Source of the DNA: Obrimoposthia wandeli
Taxonomy: Eukaryota
Assembly (NCBI GenBank): GCA_977020255.1
Contig: CDROCS010002540.1
Location: forward strand, 496,001-560,000
Direction of reading: 5' to 3'
Length of the DNA: 64,000 nucleotides
Shown one piece after another: positions 1-12,900 of the stretch (position 1 is its first letter; each line of letters starts with the position of its first letter). The position numbers and the translations under genes were made by a program. The notes under the pieces are model-generated. The model was given only the letters and a program-made list of their open reading frames with translations, made no database searches and had not been told where the DNA came from.

Positions 1-565
1 TTTTTAGGGTTTCGAAAGCTTCTTTTGCTGATTTAGGTAGTCCTTCGAAAGTAATTGAATTTCTAGAATTAGTAAGCTCCAATGTGAATGTTGAACAGTT
101 TGGAATCCATTTTGTATAGTAAGCGAATAGTCTAACAATTCTATCTAATTCTTTTATAGATGTTGGTTCAGGTAATTTCAAAAGCTCGCTATATCTATTT
201 GGATCCGGTCTCATAGTGCCGTTTTTATTAAGTAACCCAAAAATTCAATACGCTTTGACGAAAATTTACACTTCTTATCGTTAATGATTATTTGATATTT
301 CTTTGAAGCATCCATAAATTGTTTCAGATTTCTGTTATGTTCAGTCGCATCTTTGCCTGCAATGATAATAGCATCTAAATATGCATACGTTTTCTCTAAA
401 TAATTAGTTCTGATAAATTCATCCATAGTTCTCTGGAATATTAGAACTGCGTTTGTACATCCGAGTGGTAAACGTTTAAATTTGTACAGGCGACCGTTAG
501 TTTCGAATGCTGTTAACATATATTCATCGGGCCTTATTTTAAGTTGATGATATGCCTTGAAATTT
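1..565 (-). pseudogene. Ty3/gypsy reverse transcriptase fragment (decayed)
   Basis: Reads KAYHQL...TAF...YKFKRLPLGCTNA...FQRTMD...YAYLDA...KCKF...IEFLGY. The catalytic YLDD appears as YLDA. The RT thumb-like sequence continues, with stops, to the window start. Confidence 0.85.
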
Positions 566-639
566 TAATTGTACCACAAATTAGTATTCATGATCCACCA
601 CATTTTTCATCACATATACGTTCAACATTTAAATTTACG

Positions 640-1010
640 TCACAAATCTTAAGTAATTTTTGGCAATAGTAACTTCTTTTATTCTTCTATTTTTGTTGAT
701 ACCATATTTTATATTGTATTTATTCTATTAAACAAATAGTTCGCCTAGATATTATTTGATGGGTAAGTACTTGTGGACTTTATTTCATTCGAATTTTTAA
801 ACGGGTCATTTTTACACACCAATACAAATAGCTAGTCTTTCTCTCACTTTTTTTGTGGGCACTCTTTTCACAGGATTTCTAATTTCATCTGAATCCTGGT
901 ACTTAATCAAAACTTTCTTAATGGTGTTTCTTCAGCTACACGATAAACAGTTTTTCCGCTGATAATTTCATCAATTACTTTTTATCTTATGTTGTCTTTA
1001 ATTATAGGCA
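640..1010 (-). mobile_element. Possible Tc1-like transposase N-terminal relic
   Basis: Manual translation gives VKNDPFKNSNEI...ISRRTI, resembling the Tc1 HTH segment (VKKDPF.T..EI...VSRRTI). Heavily disrupted. Confidence 0.3.
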
Positions 1011-1039
1011 TACAAATTTGTGCAAATAATTGTTGGTGC

Positions 1040-1215
1040 TATTCCAATATGTGATCTACCGAGTTGTTTCTAATCCAACATGTGATCTATCGAATTGTTT
1101 ACATTCCAATATGTGATCTACCCATTAACTATCCATTATTTCCCCATTAAACTAGCAAACTACATAGTTGTTAAACTACGTAGTTGTTTACATTCTAATA
1201 TGTGAACTACAAGTT
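1040..1215. repeat. Degenerate short repeats, core aatatgtgatctac
   Basis: Four imperfect copies: three about 31 bp apart and a fourth near 1197. Confidence 0.6.
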
Positions 1216-2399
1216 GTAACTAGTAGGCAACCAAACAATCGATAAAAGTAAAATACATCCTAAAAGTCTAAATACAAATAATAGTTAAAATTGATGTTCA
1301 AAATAATTAGTACTCACCTTAAAACTTAAAATTTCGAAATAATCAAATAAAACAATTATTTTATAAAAAAAAAGATAAATGATTATTTAATTGCATATCA
1401 AGAAAAAAAATTATGTAAAAAATAATATAGCTCTAATATCTAATAAATCTGATTTATTAACTGAAAAGCGCTTCATATTTTTCAATTTCTTTCACAATAT
1501 TTTCTGGATAGTAAAGTCTTCAGCTGCTTCTGGAATTTTTTAATATTATTACAGATTCTTATATTCATAGGGCAGATTGTTGTAAAGATTCAAAACATAA
1601 AATCCAAATATTCCATCACTCTGTTTGTTATTTGAGAATTTCTTAACCCTTTACGTACGATGCATAGACCTAAATGAGGTATGAATATGAAATTTATGTA
1701 GTGTGCCTATTTTGGTCTAACTAAGAATAATAATAAAAAAAAATGTTTTCCTATATTTTAGGCATGTTCCCAAAATGGGGTCTTTAGGGGGTAAAAATTA
1801 CACATTATTTTACAAAATTTTATATTAGGTTCCAAATGTAAAATAAAATGAATTGTTTCTAAAAAAACATAATAAATATTCACATAAAATAACTTATTTA
1901 GTAATAAAAAACAATTTCAATATTCCATAATTATATTCAAATTATCTCATGTCTGGGATATTCTCTTCTGGTTCCCTTGGTGCTTGCTCACTGATTCACC
2001 ACTACTGTTTTTTCTGCCTTTGTGGTTGTCCTCATGACTATGGTAGTTACGTGTCTTGCTGCTTATAAAACTATATGGCTGTGGTGTTGCCTCGCAATGA
2101 CCCCCTCTTTTATGTGGCCTGCTTAACTTAAGTGATGCCACTATTAATAGCTTTTAGGTCACCTGAGTTTAACTAATTTTTTAACTTCTATTTTCTTTTC
2201 CCTAATCTCCTTAATTTAATTTTAACTCAAGGGCCCTAAAATATCATTGGCCAGGACTATACATATTAGCCATTTATATATTAAATTGTTTTCTATTACA
2301 AAGTTGTTTCAAGAGCCTGATCTAAAATTTTGACATAATTTCGTGCAGTTTAAAATTAGAAAGTTATAAAATGTCGCTCGATTATTTCGGTTCAATATT

Positions 2400-2620
2400 T
2401 TTATCGAAAAAAAAAAATTTCATATCTTGGGTAGTACCAAAATATCGATTAACATCTGGAACATCGATAATAAAGTCTTCAACGTAAAAAATAATTTGCT
2501 TTAATTTCGATTCTTCTAATTCTATTAGAATGTTTGAAAATTCAATGCGTCTTTTGTGTTTGGATGTTAATTTAATTTTTCATTGTAAGATATTTGGTAC
2601 TGCTAAAATTCGTGCATTGA
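2400..2620 (-). mobile_element. Tc1-like transposase relic
   Basis: SKHKRRIEF...KQIIFYVEDFIIDVPDVNRYF resembles the Tc1 pattern (K..R.EF...VIFSDE..F.LDGPDG..YYW). Confidence 0.4.
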
Positions 2621-3540
2621 AAAGCAACCAATCAAAAAGAAAAAAGTAATTGTATTTTCTGATACACAAATGCTTTATAAAGCATAACCAATCCAGGCCC
2701 CATTGAAAAATTCAACTCGATGTAAATAAAAAGGATTTTCCCCAAGTTGAATGTACGAGACTGCTCTGCAAGCATCTTTTGAGTTATTATGATATCTTTT
2801 CTAGTATGAATTTACAAATTGTCACACACTTACGTGCCACCACTCCGGCTCTAGCTTTAATTCTACCATCAGACACTATGCTTCTTTTTCTGCATTGATG
2901 AAGTTCAGGCTATTGTCCTTTTATGTAGACTAAGCCATTTGTAAATCTTCTTGATTATCTTCTGCATTCATTGGAGACTAACTGCGCCAGGAATGAGGAC
3001 ACGTTTATGACAGTTAGATTAAACGGAATCCTTCAATATTTGTTATTTTTGTATCAAACGCTTCATAAAGTTATTTCTTACGAACCCAACAGCAAAAATT
3101 GCAGTTGTCTGCTTTTCAATGTTTTATATTTTCCTATGTTTAAAAGGGTCTAAAATGTTTAATATAAAATTTGAGATTGAATAATGGTGTCTTTTGATTT
3201 TACGACTGATTTAGCGAAATAAATATATCTTTTCCGTAATTACACATTTTAATTTTTTATCAATATTTTCTCTTAGTGTAGAACTATTGTAGAAAATATT
3301 TTATCTAATTTAATGGCTGAAGGCCTATGTTGCCATAGTTTGTTTATATTTTTAAAAACAACAGCTGTTAAATTCATTTAATTTCGTTGTGTTTAGTAAC
3401 CTACATGTTTATATAATTTATTCTTTTAACAAATCAACTATCGAGAATTTGTAAGTAAACTATTGTATTACTTAATTACTTAAATTATTATTCATAAATA
3501 TATTTATTAATTATGAAAAAACTATTATTAACAAAAACTA

Positions 3541-3543
<3 letters not shown>

Positions 3544-3582
<39 letters not shown>
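3544..3582. repeat. (AT)n microsatellite
   Basis: About 19 uninterrupted AT units. Confidence 0.95.
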
Positions 3583-3590
<8 letters not shown>

Positions 3591-3782
3591 ATTTCGAAAC
3601 ATCGAGAGCAGTCCACAGAACTTCTTAGAATTTTTTGCAAAGCTGCCTGTCTTGGTAATTTTTTGTGCTTTAAAAGCCACATTTTTGCCAAGAGATATTC
3701 TGGAACAAATTTTCGGCGAACACCACCTTGGCGCAGACCATCCTTGAGAACCTTTAAAATCATAAAGTAAAAATAAATATAG

Positions 3783-4450
3783 CTTTACCTTCCACGTTGA
3801 TTCAATATGGTTTGTGCAGGCTCCAGTGTTCGGATCCACAAAATTTCGGATATGATTCACTGTTAAGTGACGGTAGCCAAGATTTTTAACATTATTATAA
3901 CCACCATGGCAATCTGTAATGATGGTGGTTTCTTGTCTAACATATCTGTAACATATTGCATTAAAAAAAGGAAAAAATCTAAAATACCTTTGTATTAAAC
4001 AATTACGCCGTTTTACTACTTTTAAATTTTTTTTGGAGTGGTTCAGAGTCTCGAACTACTCCAACGATCCACATCTCTTTCTTCAATCGACCGCGATTGT
4101 ATTTCCTTTTTCCAAAAAGTGACTCGTCGATTTCTACGATGGTCCCATGACCACCGATCATTCTGTTGGTTGTCTCCAACAAATCATGAATGACATGCAG
4201 TCTTATCCTATGATACCTAAATTAATTTAATTACCAGAACTGCACTGTGTGTCGATGGATGCCTAACATTTCGGATGTTTGAATTGATGTTAGCCTGCAA
4301 AGCCACCCGTACACTAGGGCCATACCCTTGCAAACTTCCAGCTGCATGCCTTCAAAAAATGTTATTTCGTGCTGTTTGCTACACATCTATCGGACAGAAT
4401 CTCTGTCAGCTCTATACTTTAATTTCATCTTTTCTATGCATTTTCTGCAG
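3783..4450 (-). mobile_element. Merlin (ISXO2/IS1595-like) transposase pseudogene
   Basis: Across frameshifts: TFFEGMQL...YGW; [29 protein letters not shown]; TTIITDCHGGYNNV...HLTVNHIRNFVDPNTGACTNHIESTW. Confidence 0.9.
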
Positions 4451-4942
4451 GTTTTTTCCTTATGAATAAACTCTAAATTGTCAAATTTGATAAATTAAAA
4501 TATTAAAAATACTATAATTTTGTAGCTCTTCGCATATTTTCAAATTCTTCTTCTTAAATATATCATAATTAAATATTATGAGCTCCATTCCAATATAATT
4601 CAATTTTTAAATAAATTAAAATTCTATAAATTATAAAAGTTTGAATAAATTATATCTTTAAAACTTGTTTAATATTTTAATAATATTTCTATATATTTCT
4701 TATCTAATAATTAGGATTTAATTTTTTAACATTATTCAATTAATTATGTAAATTAAATTTTATTATTATAATACAAAATTGTTCAAAACGTTTTATATTA
4801 ATTGAGAACTCTAATGTATTTTAAAATAATTTTTATTGAATTTAATATAATATAATATCATTGTTTTCTTTAATTAGTTTTTATTAACAGCTTCGCTGCT
4901 GCCAAAATTTTACCCATTTGCACATATACGCTGAACAAATAT

Positions 4943-5098
4943 TTTTTTAATCCGATGTTGTATTACAATTCATTAACATATAATTATAATGATTATTAGG
5001 TACTACACAAGATGCTTATAATGATTTTTTAATCCGATGTTGTATTACAATTCATTAACATATAATTATAATGATTATTAGGTACTACACAAGATGCT
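4943..5098. repeat. Tandem duplication (74-bp identical unit, 82-bp period)
   Basis: 4943-5016 matches 5025-5098. Confidence 0.9.
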
Positions 5099-5179
5099 GA
5101 TATAGAAATATAAAATTAATTGCAATAGTAATAATATTAAACAATTATAACAGTTTGTACTAAAAGTTGGGCTCATATA

Positions 5180-5560
5180 TCATTCTGGAAATCTTTCACT
5201 GTGTGGTATATTTTCAAACAGTCAATGCACAGACCTGGCTGTGTTGGGCACTGTATACAGTAATTAGTGGTCTTCGTTATAATAATTCCATTGTGGTTAT
5301 ACCGTGCACACATTTTGCAGGGTTTTGTCTTTCCAGCTGAATTGAGGAAAATTCTGGAAATAAAATATTGTACTAAACGAACTTAGTCATCTGTATTTCC
5401 AAAGTGGTTTGCCACTTCATTTTGTAACATAGAAAGCAGCGCTTGAATAATGAGTTGCATGTGTATCTGCTTCACACAAGGCTTTGTACAGAAATTGAGC
5501 ATCTATATATTTATTGGCAAAAATCAAATAACAGCCACATGTTTGATACAAAAGTTCCAT
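5180..5560 (-). mobile_element. piggyBac transposase C-terminal relic (cysteine-rich domain)
   Basis: KPCKMCARY...KTTNYCIQCPTQPGLCIDCLKIYH-stop fits the piggyBac CRD pattern. Confidence 0.75.
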
Positions 5561-6099
5561 TAGTTATTGAAGGTGTTGGAGCTAGAGTTGTTGCACTACT
5601 TAAGGAAGCCTAAAGCTCGTGAGTTCTTAACGTGTAAGACCTATCAATGTTATTCTCAAATTTGAATGTAAATTAATTTATGGACAAACTTTTGTATGAA
5701 CAATTTATTATACCAGCGTATGATTGCCTAACTTACGATACAATGATAAATGCATCTACTCCGAGTCTACTTCTGGTTACCGTTACTGGTCACATAGAAA
5801 GTAATATCGATTATGTTAGAGAATGCTAGGACGTGACGGGTTCGTGATTTTGTTGAGATAGGAAAATAAGATTTGAATTAAAGCGGAGGTTTATTTTTAT
5901 AAACTATGACAAAGTACCGAATCGATAATTACTGCGAATGAGGCTCTCGTTCGAATCAGTTGTCATAAAGTTGAGGCTCCAGTTTGATAGTTTCTGATTT
6001 TTTAAACAATGAGGGATGGAGTCTATCTGCTCTCTTCTTTTTTCTAGTTATTACAATTGTGTTTCTGATTCACTAGTTGTCCTTTTTTTTCTACCAAAT

Positions 6100-6760
6100 T
6101 TCGGTATATAAATTACCTGCAACTTTTTAAATTTTACGCCATAACTCGTCTTTCGTTTCATAATGGTGGCGATCGTTCACTTGGTTTGTCATGATCTTCC
6201 ATAAATTATGTAGATATCAGGACTGTGCGATGACCATTTAAGACTTATTTGATTGTCTTCTAACATGTTTCCATGTTCAAGTGTTTTAAGTTTTTTTTAT
6301 CATTTAGAGTTCTATACATTTTAAGATTTAAAATATAACCTAGCGTGTTTATGACATCATTTACCATAACTGGCAGTATAGCCATTCGAAAGCTGTTTTC
6401 CTCATTACTAAGTAACAGTTTCTGAAAACCTGGCTTCGTCTGAATTATTATATTACATATTTGAAGTCAATTCGCTCCTTAAGCCATTCTGAATTTATTA
6501 AATTAAGTTGCATTTTCATTTGATTGTTTTTTTTGTAATTCTACGTTTATTTACAAATGCAAATTTCTGTTATTTTCGGATAACTTTTTGTAGCGTTCTT
6601 AATGATACATTATCTGGGATATCTGTCAAAATCTTTTCCTCTTTCGAATCTTTTTGATTGATGCTCTGATTTGAGTGTCCAATTGTTTAGCATGATACAT
6701 AAGTGTTCTATTTTTGATTCTCTATACTAAAACATATACGCTAAACATAATTTATGTGAC
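6100..6760 (-). mobile_element. Tc1-like transposase relic
   Basis: ...NSDEARF... and KWSSHSPDI..(LWKIM)...HYETKDELW, a degenerate WPS.SPDLN.IENLW motif. Confidence 0.55.
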
Positions 6761-6849
6761 ATAAATGATATTATTTAAAACATTTACATTTTAAACATAG
6801 TTAATTTTATAATCTATTATGTAAAAATAGAAATATAAAACTTACGTAT

Positions 6850-7330
6850 TAATATATATATAGCAATATAAAAATGTCCGATAATATTGATTCAATTTTT
6901 ATAAAAATTTGATATTGAACTTTATTCTGAACTTTAGGGAGAGAGTCGTCACAATAAAATATAAAATTCATAAGATATAAACTTTTATTTTTCCTCAATG
7001 CCGTCTCCATAACATAAGCCATAACATACGCCATCAATCAAATCTTCCATATCGATTAACATTCAAATTTTATGAAACATTTTATTCAACTTCACAACAT
7101 CAATACTTTCATCAATTTCTCCATGAACAACGTTTTTTATCTCTTTCAAGGTAAAAAAGGTCATATTTTTAAACAACTACTTTTTAAAGACCTTCACCAC
7201 TATTTTCATGCCTACCCATCATCGTCATCATAATTATTACTATTATTTTAATATTTATTTTATTATTTAAGATATTTTAATATTTAACTTTATTTTATTA
7301 GATAATCACATGCTTACTTTTATTATTATG
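6850..7330 (-). repeat. Dispersed repeat, paralogue of about 10060-10360 (probable piggyBac/PGBD-like relic)
   Basis: 7170-7330 aligns by eye with 10190-10360. Both translate to KxKSLYL...FYCD. Confidence 0.55.
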
Positions 7331-7589
7331 TATGTAAATATCTTCATCAATTAATTCCGTTCCAAAACCGACATTGTTTGCACAAATTATAATATTTGTT
7401 ATTATTCAGTGAAAAATGATTACATACTGACTGCTGTATCATACAAATGTTCGCTGGGATAAATTCTGAAAATGGTATGAGAATATTATCAAAGTGGATA
7501 TAATCACATCACGACTAAAATATGTGGTGGTAGGTTAGAGTGATTTGAAAGGTCATGAATTAAAGACTTTTTTTAAAACATAAACTATA

Positions 7590-8200
7590 AAATTTACACT
7601 AAGTGTGCTTTACAATTCTAACAAGTATACACAAGCCTCAGTAAATGTCGTCAGATGCTGAGACTTTTGTGCTAATTTGGTAAAATGCATCCGTTAAATC
7701 GATCTGGGCTGCTGGCAACGGGGTGAGTTTGCTAGACAAGATAGGAATTCTCATATGCAGCTTTGGTAAATGATACGTTGTATGTTTAAAGTCTACAATG
7801 AGGCGCCTCAACTGTATATTTGGCACCATTCTTATTTGAAAACCAAAAATGCTTTTCTTGCCTGTTTGTACAATTCCCATCGCAAGGAGAGCATTGGCAC
7901 AGGATCGTATATGACGTTTCTCCGTATCAATCTTTGTGCATTTTGACTGTCAGGATGTGATTATACTGGCGAACGGCGCATAACTGTTGTGTGCAATGGA
8001 GAAACACTGCCTTCATCTGGTACTCTAAATGTGGAGTTTTGCATGCTGTTTGTATAAGCTTCAGTCAGAATTGGTTAACAGTTGGGAGAACACCGCGCCG
8101 TGTGTTCAGTATCTCATGCCAACCTGCTGAGTCGTTGAAAAACTCCATCTGGTTCTCATGTGGCACTCTTGGACTGTAACTCCACCAACTGTTCTAGGGT
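7590..8200 (-). pseudogene. DIRS-like (protease-less) reverse transcriptase fragment, copy 1
   Basis: GVLPTVNQF*LKL (G-x-L-x6-W with TGA at W); LLAMGIV...QIRMVP...RRLIVDFKH...LPKLHMRIP...IDLTDAFYQI; then a frameshift to SQHLTTF. Truncated before YxDD. Confidence 0.65.
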
Positions 8201-8339
8201 TTAATCAAAGTTCGCAATTGTTGTGAACATCGTTATAATAATAATCTCTTCTTGTGGTTTCGTAGATACTTGATAACTAGATTCTAGATTAAAGCATACA
8301 TTTACAATAATCTTAATATGAAAGTCATCTTTTGTTACT

Positions 8340-8620
8340 TTTCAAAGGAAATGTGAAGTAACAAATGGGTTTCAGATTTTGCATTTGCTGTAGACATCAT
8401 GCAAAAGCTGAATGAGCTGATCACAAAGCTACAAGGCAAATGGATATCTGCTCATGAATTGTACCTGAAAGTTAAAGCCGTTTAATCAAACTTAAGCTCT
8501 TTGAGTACCTGAGTGAGCAAAACACGAGCAGTTTCACAATCATTATCAGACAGTTTGCTTTAACAAAGGAATTTGTCATACTTCAACAGCTATGAGATTC
8601 ACAGGACAACTTATATGATT
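8340..8620 (+). mobile_element. Decayed hAT fragment of the same family as 23909-25398
   Basis: WVSDFAFAVDIMQKLNELITKLQGKWISAHELYLKVK matches WVCDFEFAVDIMQKLNELNTKLQGKGLFAHELYLEVK. Confidence 0.85.
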
Positions 8621-9039
8621 AGTCACTTTTGAAAGGAGAAATTCATTGAGTTCTTGTTATTTAACAAAAAATAAACAACAAAAATTATAAAACATATTAC
8701 CTTTAACATTCATTTGTTTTTTCTGAAGTTGAGCAAACTTGAAAAGATGTATTTGAAAAAGTTGACAAGTACAAAATTAAGATTTGTGCACAAAATATTA
8801 TACGATATAAGTTATCTTATATTGTTGTTGAAACTAGTCATTACTTGTCATTTACATAATCATATAAGAATCATGTTCAAACTTCAGTTTCTGTTCTATC
8901 TTCCGTCAGTACAAGTATTTTTCTTCTGAGGATCTAATAAAATGCCTAGTGGTGTTATGCTAAAACAATATCCCTTTGAAAAGTTGAAAATTTAAGTAAA
9001 ACATAGTAACTTAATTATATAAATAAAAATTCAACACAT

Positions 9040-10360
9040 CGGGAAATTTGTTGTACCTGATTCTTTTGATGATTTGACGACACTGCCTTTTCTTGATCAT
9101 TTTGTCCAATGATCAAATCTTGATTACCGGTATCTACAATTTGTTAAATAATATATAATTAATATTTTAATACCGGTTTTGAATGTTTTGAAAAAATGCT
9201 GAGTTTTTAATTGCCTTCAACAAAATCTGTGATCCTTAAGATTTTGTTGTTGCATCATTACATTAATATATCATTTTAAATGATATCACACATGTTTAAA
9301 ATATTTTTTGAATACAAAAAAAGAAGCAAATTAAAATATGTGAAAGTTGGTATTTGCGCTTAAACACAACACAGACATTGAGCTGATTCAATTCTTTGAT
9401 GTTTAGATTAGCAGTATGATGAAGGACAATGTACTTGGCATATTTGCAAAATTGTATTAAAATGTTTTTTTATATAGTTCCGAGGTTAATTCCCATGCAG
9501 ATTTTTGCTTCTGTGTTTGGTATGCCGATTATCTTCAGTCAATTACATTATCAATTCTATGTTTATAATGGCAAAAAATATTTATCAAATGACGAATAGT
9601 CGATTTGACGTTTGGAATACATGCTGAGTAATAAAATCCTATACTATTTTGGCAGTGTAGAAAACACGTTTCATTTTTCTAGGTGTGATCATTTCAACAA
9701 CAAAAAATTCACGAATTTATAGTTTACTGTTTATTTTTTATTCATTAATTCAATTCATAAACATACTTGATATTTTACTTTTTCTTACATTCATCGTTGC
9801 ATATTTATAGCCCCACAGCACATGTAAAGATGTCTACACATTCAACCACAAACACTTAAAAGGGCATAAATCAACATCGGTTTCTGATTGGTTCATTTAA
9901 ATTAACTGAATTATGAAAATTTGCTTTATTAGCAATTAATTTCCAAAATTTTCTTGAAATTGATTCTTCAGTCTGTTCTTGTTTTTGAAGATACCTACCC
10001 ATCATTTTAAATTTTATACTTGGGATTGGTTCTATTAAACATAAAAATATGAGTGTTTGGGAAGGTGTTTGATCACAATAAAATAAAGAGCAATTGAGAT
10101 ATAAACTTTTATTCATCTTGTGCAAACTTTTTTTATCGATCACACTTTCAAACATTTTTTTAATTCCATAACAGCTTCAATACATTATTTTTATAACTCC
10201 ACCACCACCAAGTTCATTTCTTTTTAAACAATTACTTTTTTAAGACCTTCATCACTATTTTCATTACCTACCCATCATCGTCATCCTAATTTTTACTATA
10301 ATTATTACTATTTAATTTAATATTTTATTAGATAATCATATGCTTACTTTTTTTATTCAG
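9040..10360 (-). mobile_element. Probable piggyBac/PGBD-like transposase relic
   Basis: Weak motifs in the expected order: SRKFWKLIANKANFHNS (cf. SRNRF..I...LHF.DN), VLWGYKY (cf. KWGYK), and a C-terminal DHW...KRQCR. Confidence 0.35.
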
Positions 10361-11399
10361 CGTGTGATTATCTACATAAATTATTTCCATTCCAAAACAA
10401 TAACATATTTACTTTCTCATTTTGTTTTCATTCACCAGTTTAGGTTTCACAATTAGTTTATTCGGCATTTATTAGTTTTACACAGAAAAAAGAGGGTAAA
10501 TGAAAATAAAGTGTTTGAAAAACAATTTAAATATTACTTAAATATTCAAATTGATATATGATATTTCAATTTTTGCATTCCCAAATTAAAGCAGGCAGAT
10601 CTAGATCTTCGCAAACATAAACAAAAGAACCGAATGAAGAAACGTAAAACCCATTTTTCAATTACCTCAGTCTTGTATGGTTCTATAATGTCGCATTCTC
10701 CAAAAAAGACATTATCATGTTCCGTTAACCTCTTGAATATGCGATTTTTTTCGTGTAATTTTATCAATTAAAATATTTGGACACAAATGGGCATATTTTA
10801 CATGCTATTATGAAATGTTACAAGAGTAGTACTTTAGGTATTATAAATCCATTATATAATTAAAACTAATAAAGCACTTATGAAGCTATTCAATTGACAT
10901 ACTCAGAAAATTTCCCAGTAACTCCAGAAAATTATCCTTCTTTTATTCAATCTATCCGTGCTGGATATATGATACTGGGTCCTGGATTGTTTTTTTTATA
11001 ATATTTAGTATTATTATCAATTTACTTGTCATAAAACTCATAAAAAACGTGTGTGCATAAGTTATAGAAAAATCAAATTTAAAGTGATTGTAACAAAATA
11101 ACCTATCCGCATAAAGAATAGGACATTGACCTTTGCTTATGGTATTTCGGTTAAATTAAATAAACAGTTGAATTCCTGGTGATTTCCCAAACTTATAATG
11201 TAATTGTTGCAATTTTGTTTCTGCAGTTTCTAAATAAATACAACTAAACTTAAAAATACATTATATTCAAGTCTTCATAATGTGCTGTCTAGTATAAGAA
11301 ATTTTCTCTCAGGATTTGACCTAATACTTTATTAAGTTTTTACTATTGTTGTCTGAAGCGACCAAAGAAAGAATGGAACCTTTGAAAAATATTCAATAA

Positions 11400-11870
11400 T
11401 AGCTGATCGCTAGTCACAGATAATAAAAAGCTTGAAAATAGTCGTCCGTCAGAAAATGATTTCATCCAATATTTTGACTATCTGGAAAACGAACAAGTAT
11501 GATATGTTCACAGGCTTATAATACATCAAAAATACCGCGTATTGTTCGGGCAATGTTTCAAGAATTCGGAAATTCTTCGAACCTAATCTTTCAATTTGCG
11601 ATTATCTGTGCACAATACTAACGTATCATCAGCAATTTTCTCTTATCAGCAAAACACAAATTACACTTTCAGCAATACTGATCTCTGAAATACATCATAA
11701 TTAACAATTGCAATTTACAACCTTATTATAGCTGCACATGCAAATCCTCTGTAACAACCAAATAATTGCCACTGCAGCAATATTCCCAAGAGGTGCATTG
11801 TGTTGCTTCAAATAATTATCTAACATTTGTTAGCTGCGATTGGACTATCCATACTAGCCGTTTAAAAATA
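11400..11870 (-). mobile_element. hAT (Buster/ZBED8-SCAND3-like) transposase relic
   Basis: DNYLKQHNAPLGNIAAVA...GCYRGF matches this clade's YLKQHNIPL.NI.AVATDGAPAM.GRYRGF segment. Confidence 0.55.
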
Positions 11871-12339
11871 ATTCAAATACTTTTCTAAATTCAAAACTTT
11901 TTTATTTACAATATTTAAACAAAGTTTGAGAAACTTCTACTTTGTATATTCTAGCCCACATATATTATAATCTCTAATTCAAATGTCATGTGAATAATGT
12001 TTTATATATTTAAATTTTAGTTATCAAAAATTACATTCTTCTCAACCTCCTTACAACATTCACATGATTTTGTTTGACAAACTGCTATAAATAATCCTTA
12101 GTAGTTTTATAGAGAAAATATTAACGGTTAGTTTATATTTTAAAAATATTGTAGTGGTTTATGTTTGGGGTAACTCAGTTACTTCAAAATAATATTCACT
12201 AAAATTTATGTTATATTTACTTTTATTTTTCAATATAATTACAATATATACGTCAGGAAAACTTATTTTTTACAATTTATGTATTTTTTGATAAATATTA
12301 TAAATTAAATTTTAATTTATCAACCAATTTTACGAAAAA

Positions 12340-12900
12340 TTAACAAATAACAATGATAAACATATTAATGACATGACAAGAACACACATTCCTTTTTAGA
12401 ATGTTGTCCACATGTAAATTGCATACATATTTTACATTTTGGGTGTGTTTCTGGTCTTTTTTCTCGACACAAAGATGACAACACCCATATCTAGTCACCA
12501 TCTGATAGTTATATTTTAAAATATCCATTGAATATCCTAAAACAGAAAGAGAATATGTCGCTGACTTTGATAAGGAGGTACTATTAATTTTTTAATATGA
12601 TTAGGGAGTATCCGACTTCTAAAATGAATGAATAACGTGAGACCAGTTTCTCCTCTTGAGATAAATTTCTGAATAATGTGAAGCTATTTAAAGCCACCAT
12701 TATGTTAAAGAAAAATACATAACTCCATCGAAAATATTTTCTCCGATAAATATAGAAATTCAACATATAATTTATAATATCAGTTCCATTGTAGGACGCT
12801 ACTGCTTCTGGTAGGTCATGCAAGGATTACATGATTAATTTTATTTAATTATATATTACAAAAATTATAGAATATATATAATTAGTGTTGTTAATTAAAA
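12340..12900 (-). mobile_element. piggyBac transposase C-terminal relic
   Basis: LPEAVASYN..DIINYMLNFYIYRRKYFRWSYVFFFNIM.VALNSFTLF...SRYSFILEVG, then GCCHLC..K..KYVC..H (CRD). Confidence 0.85.

Noticed and set aside
3513-3770. 85-aa ORF containing IYIYIY
   Set aside because: Translation of the (AT)n microsatellite and adjacent repeat sequence.
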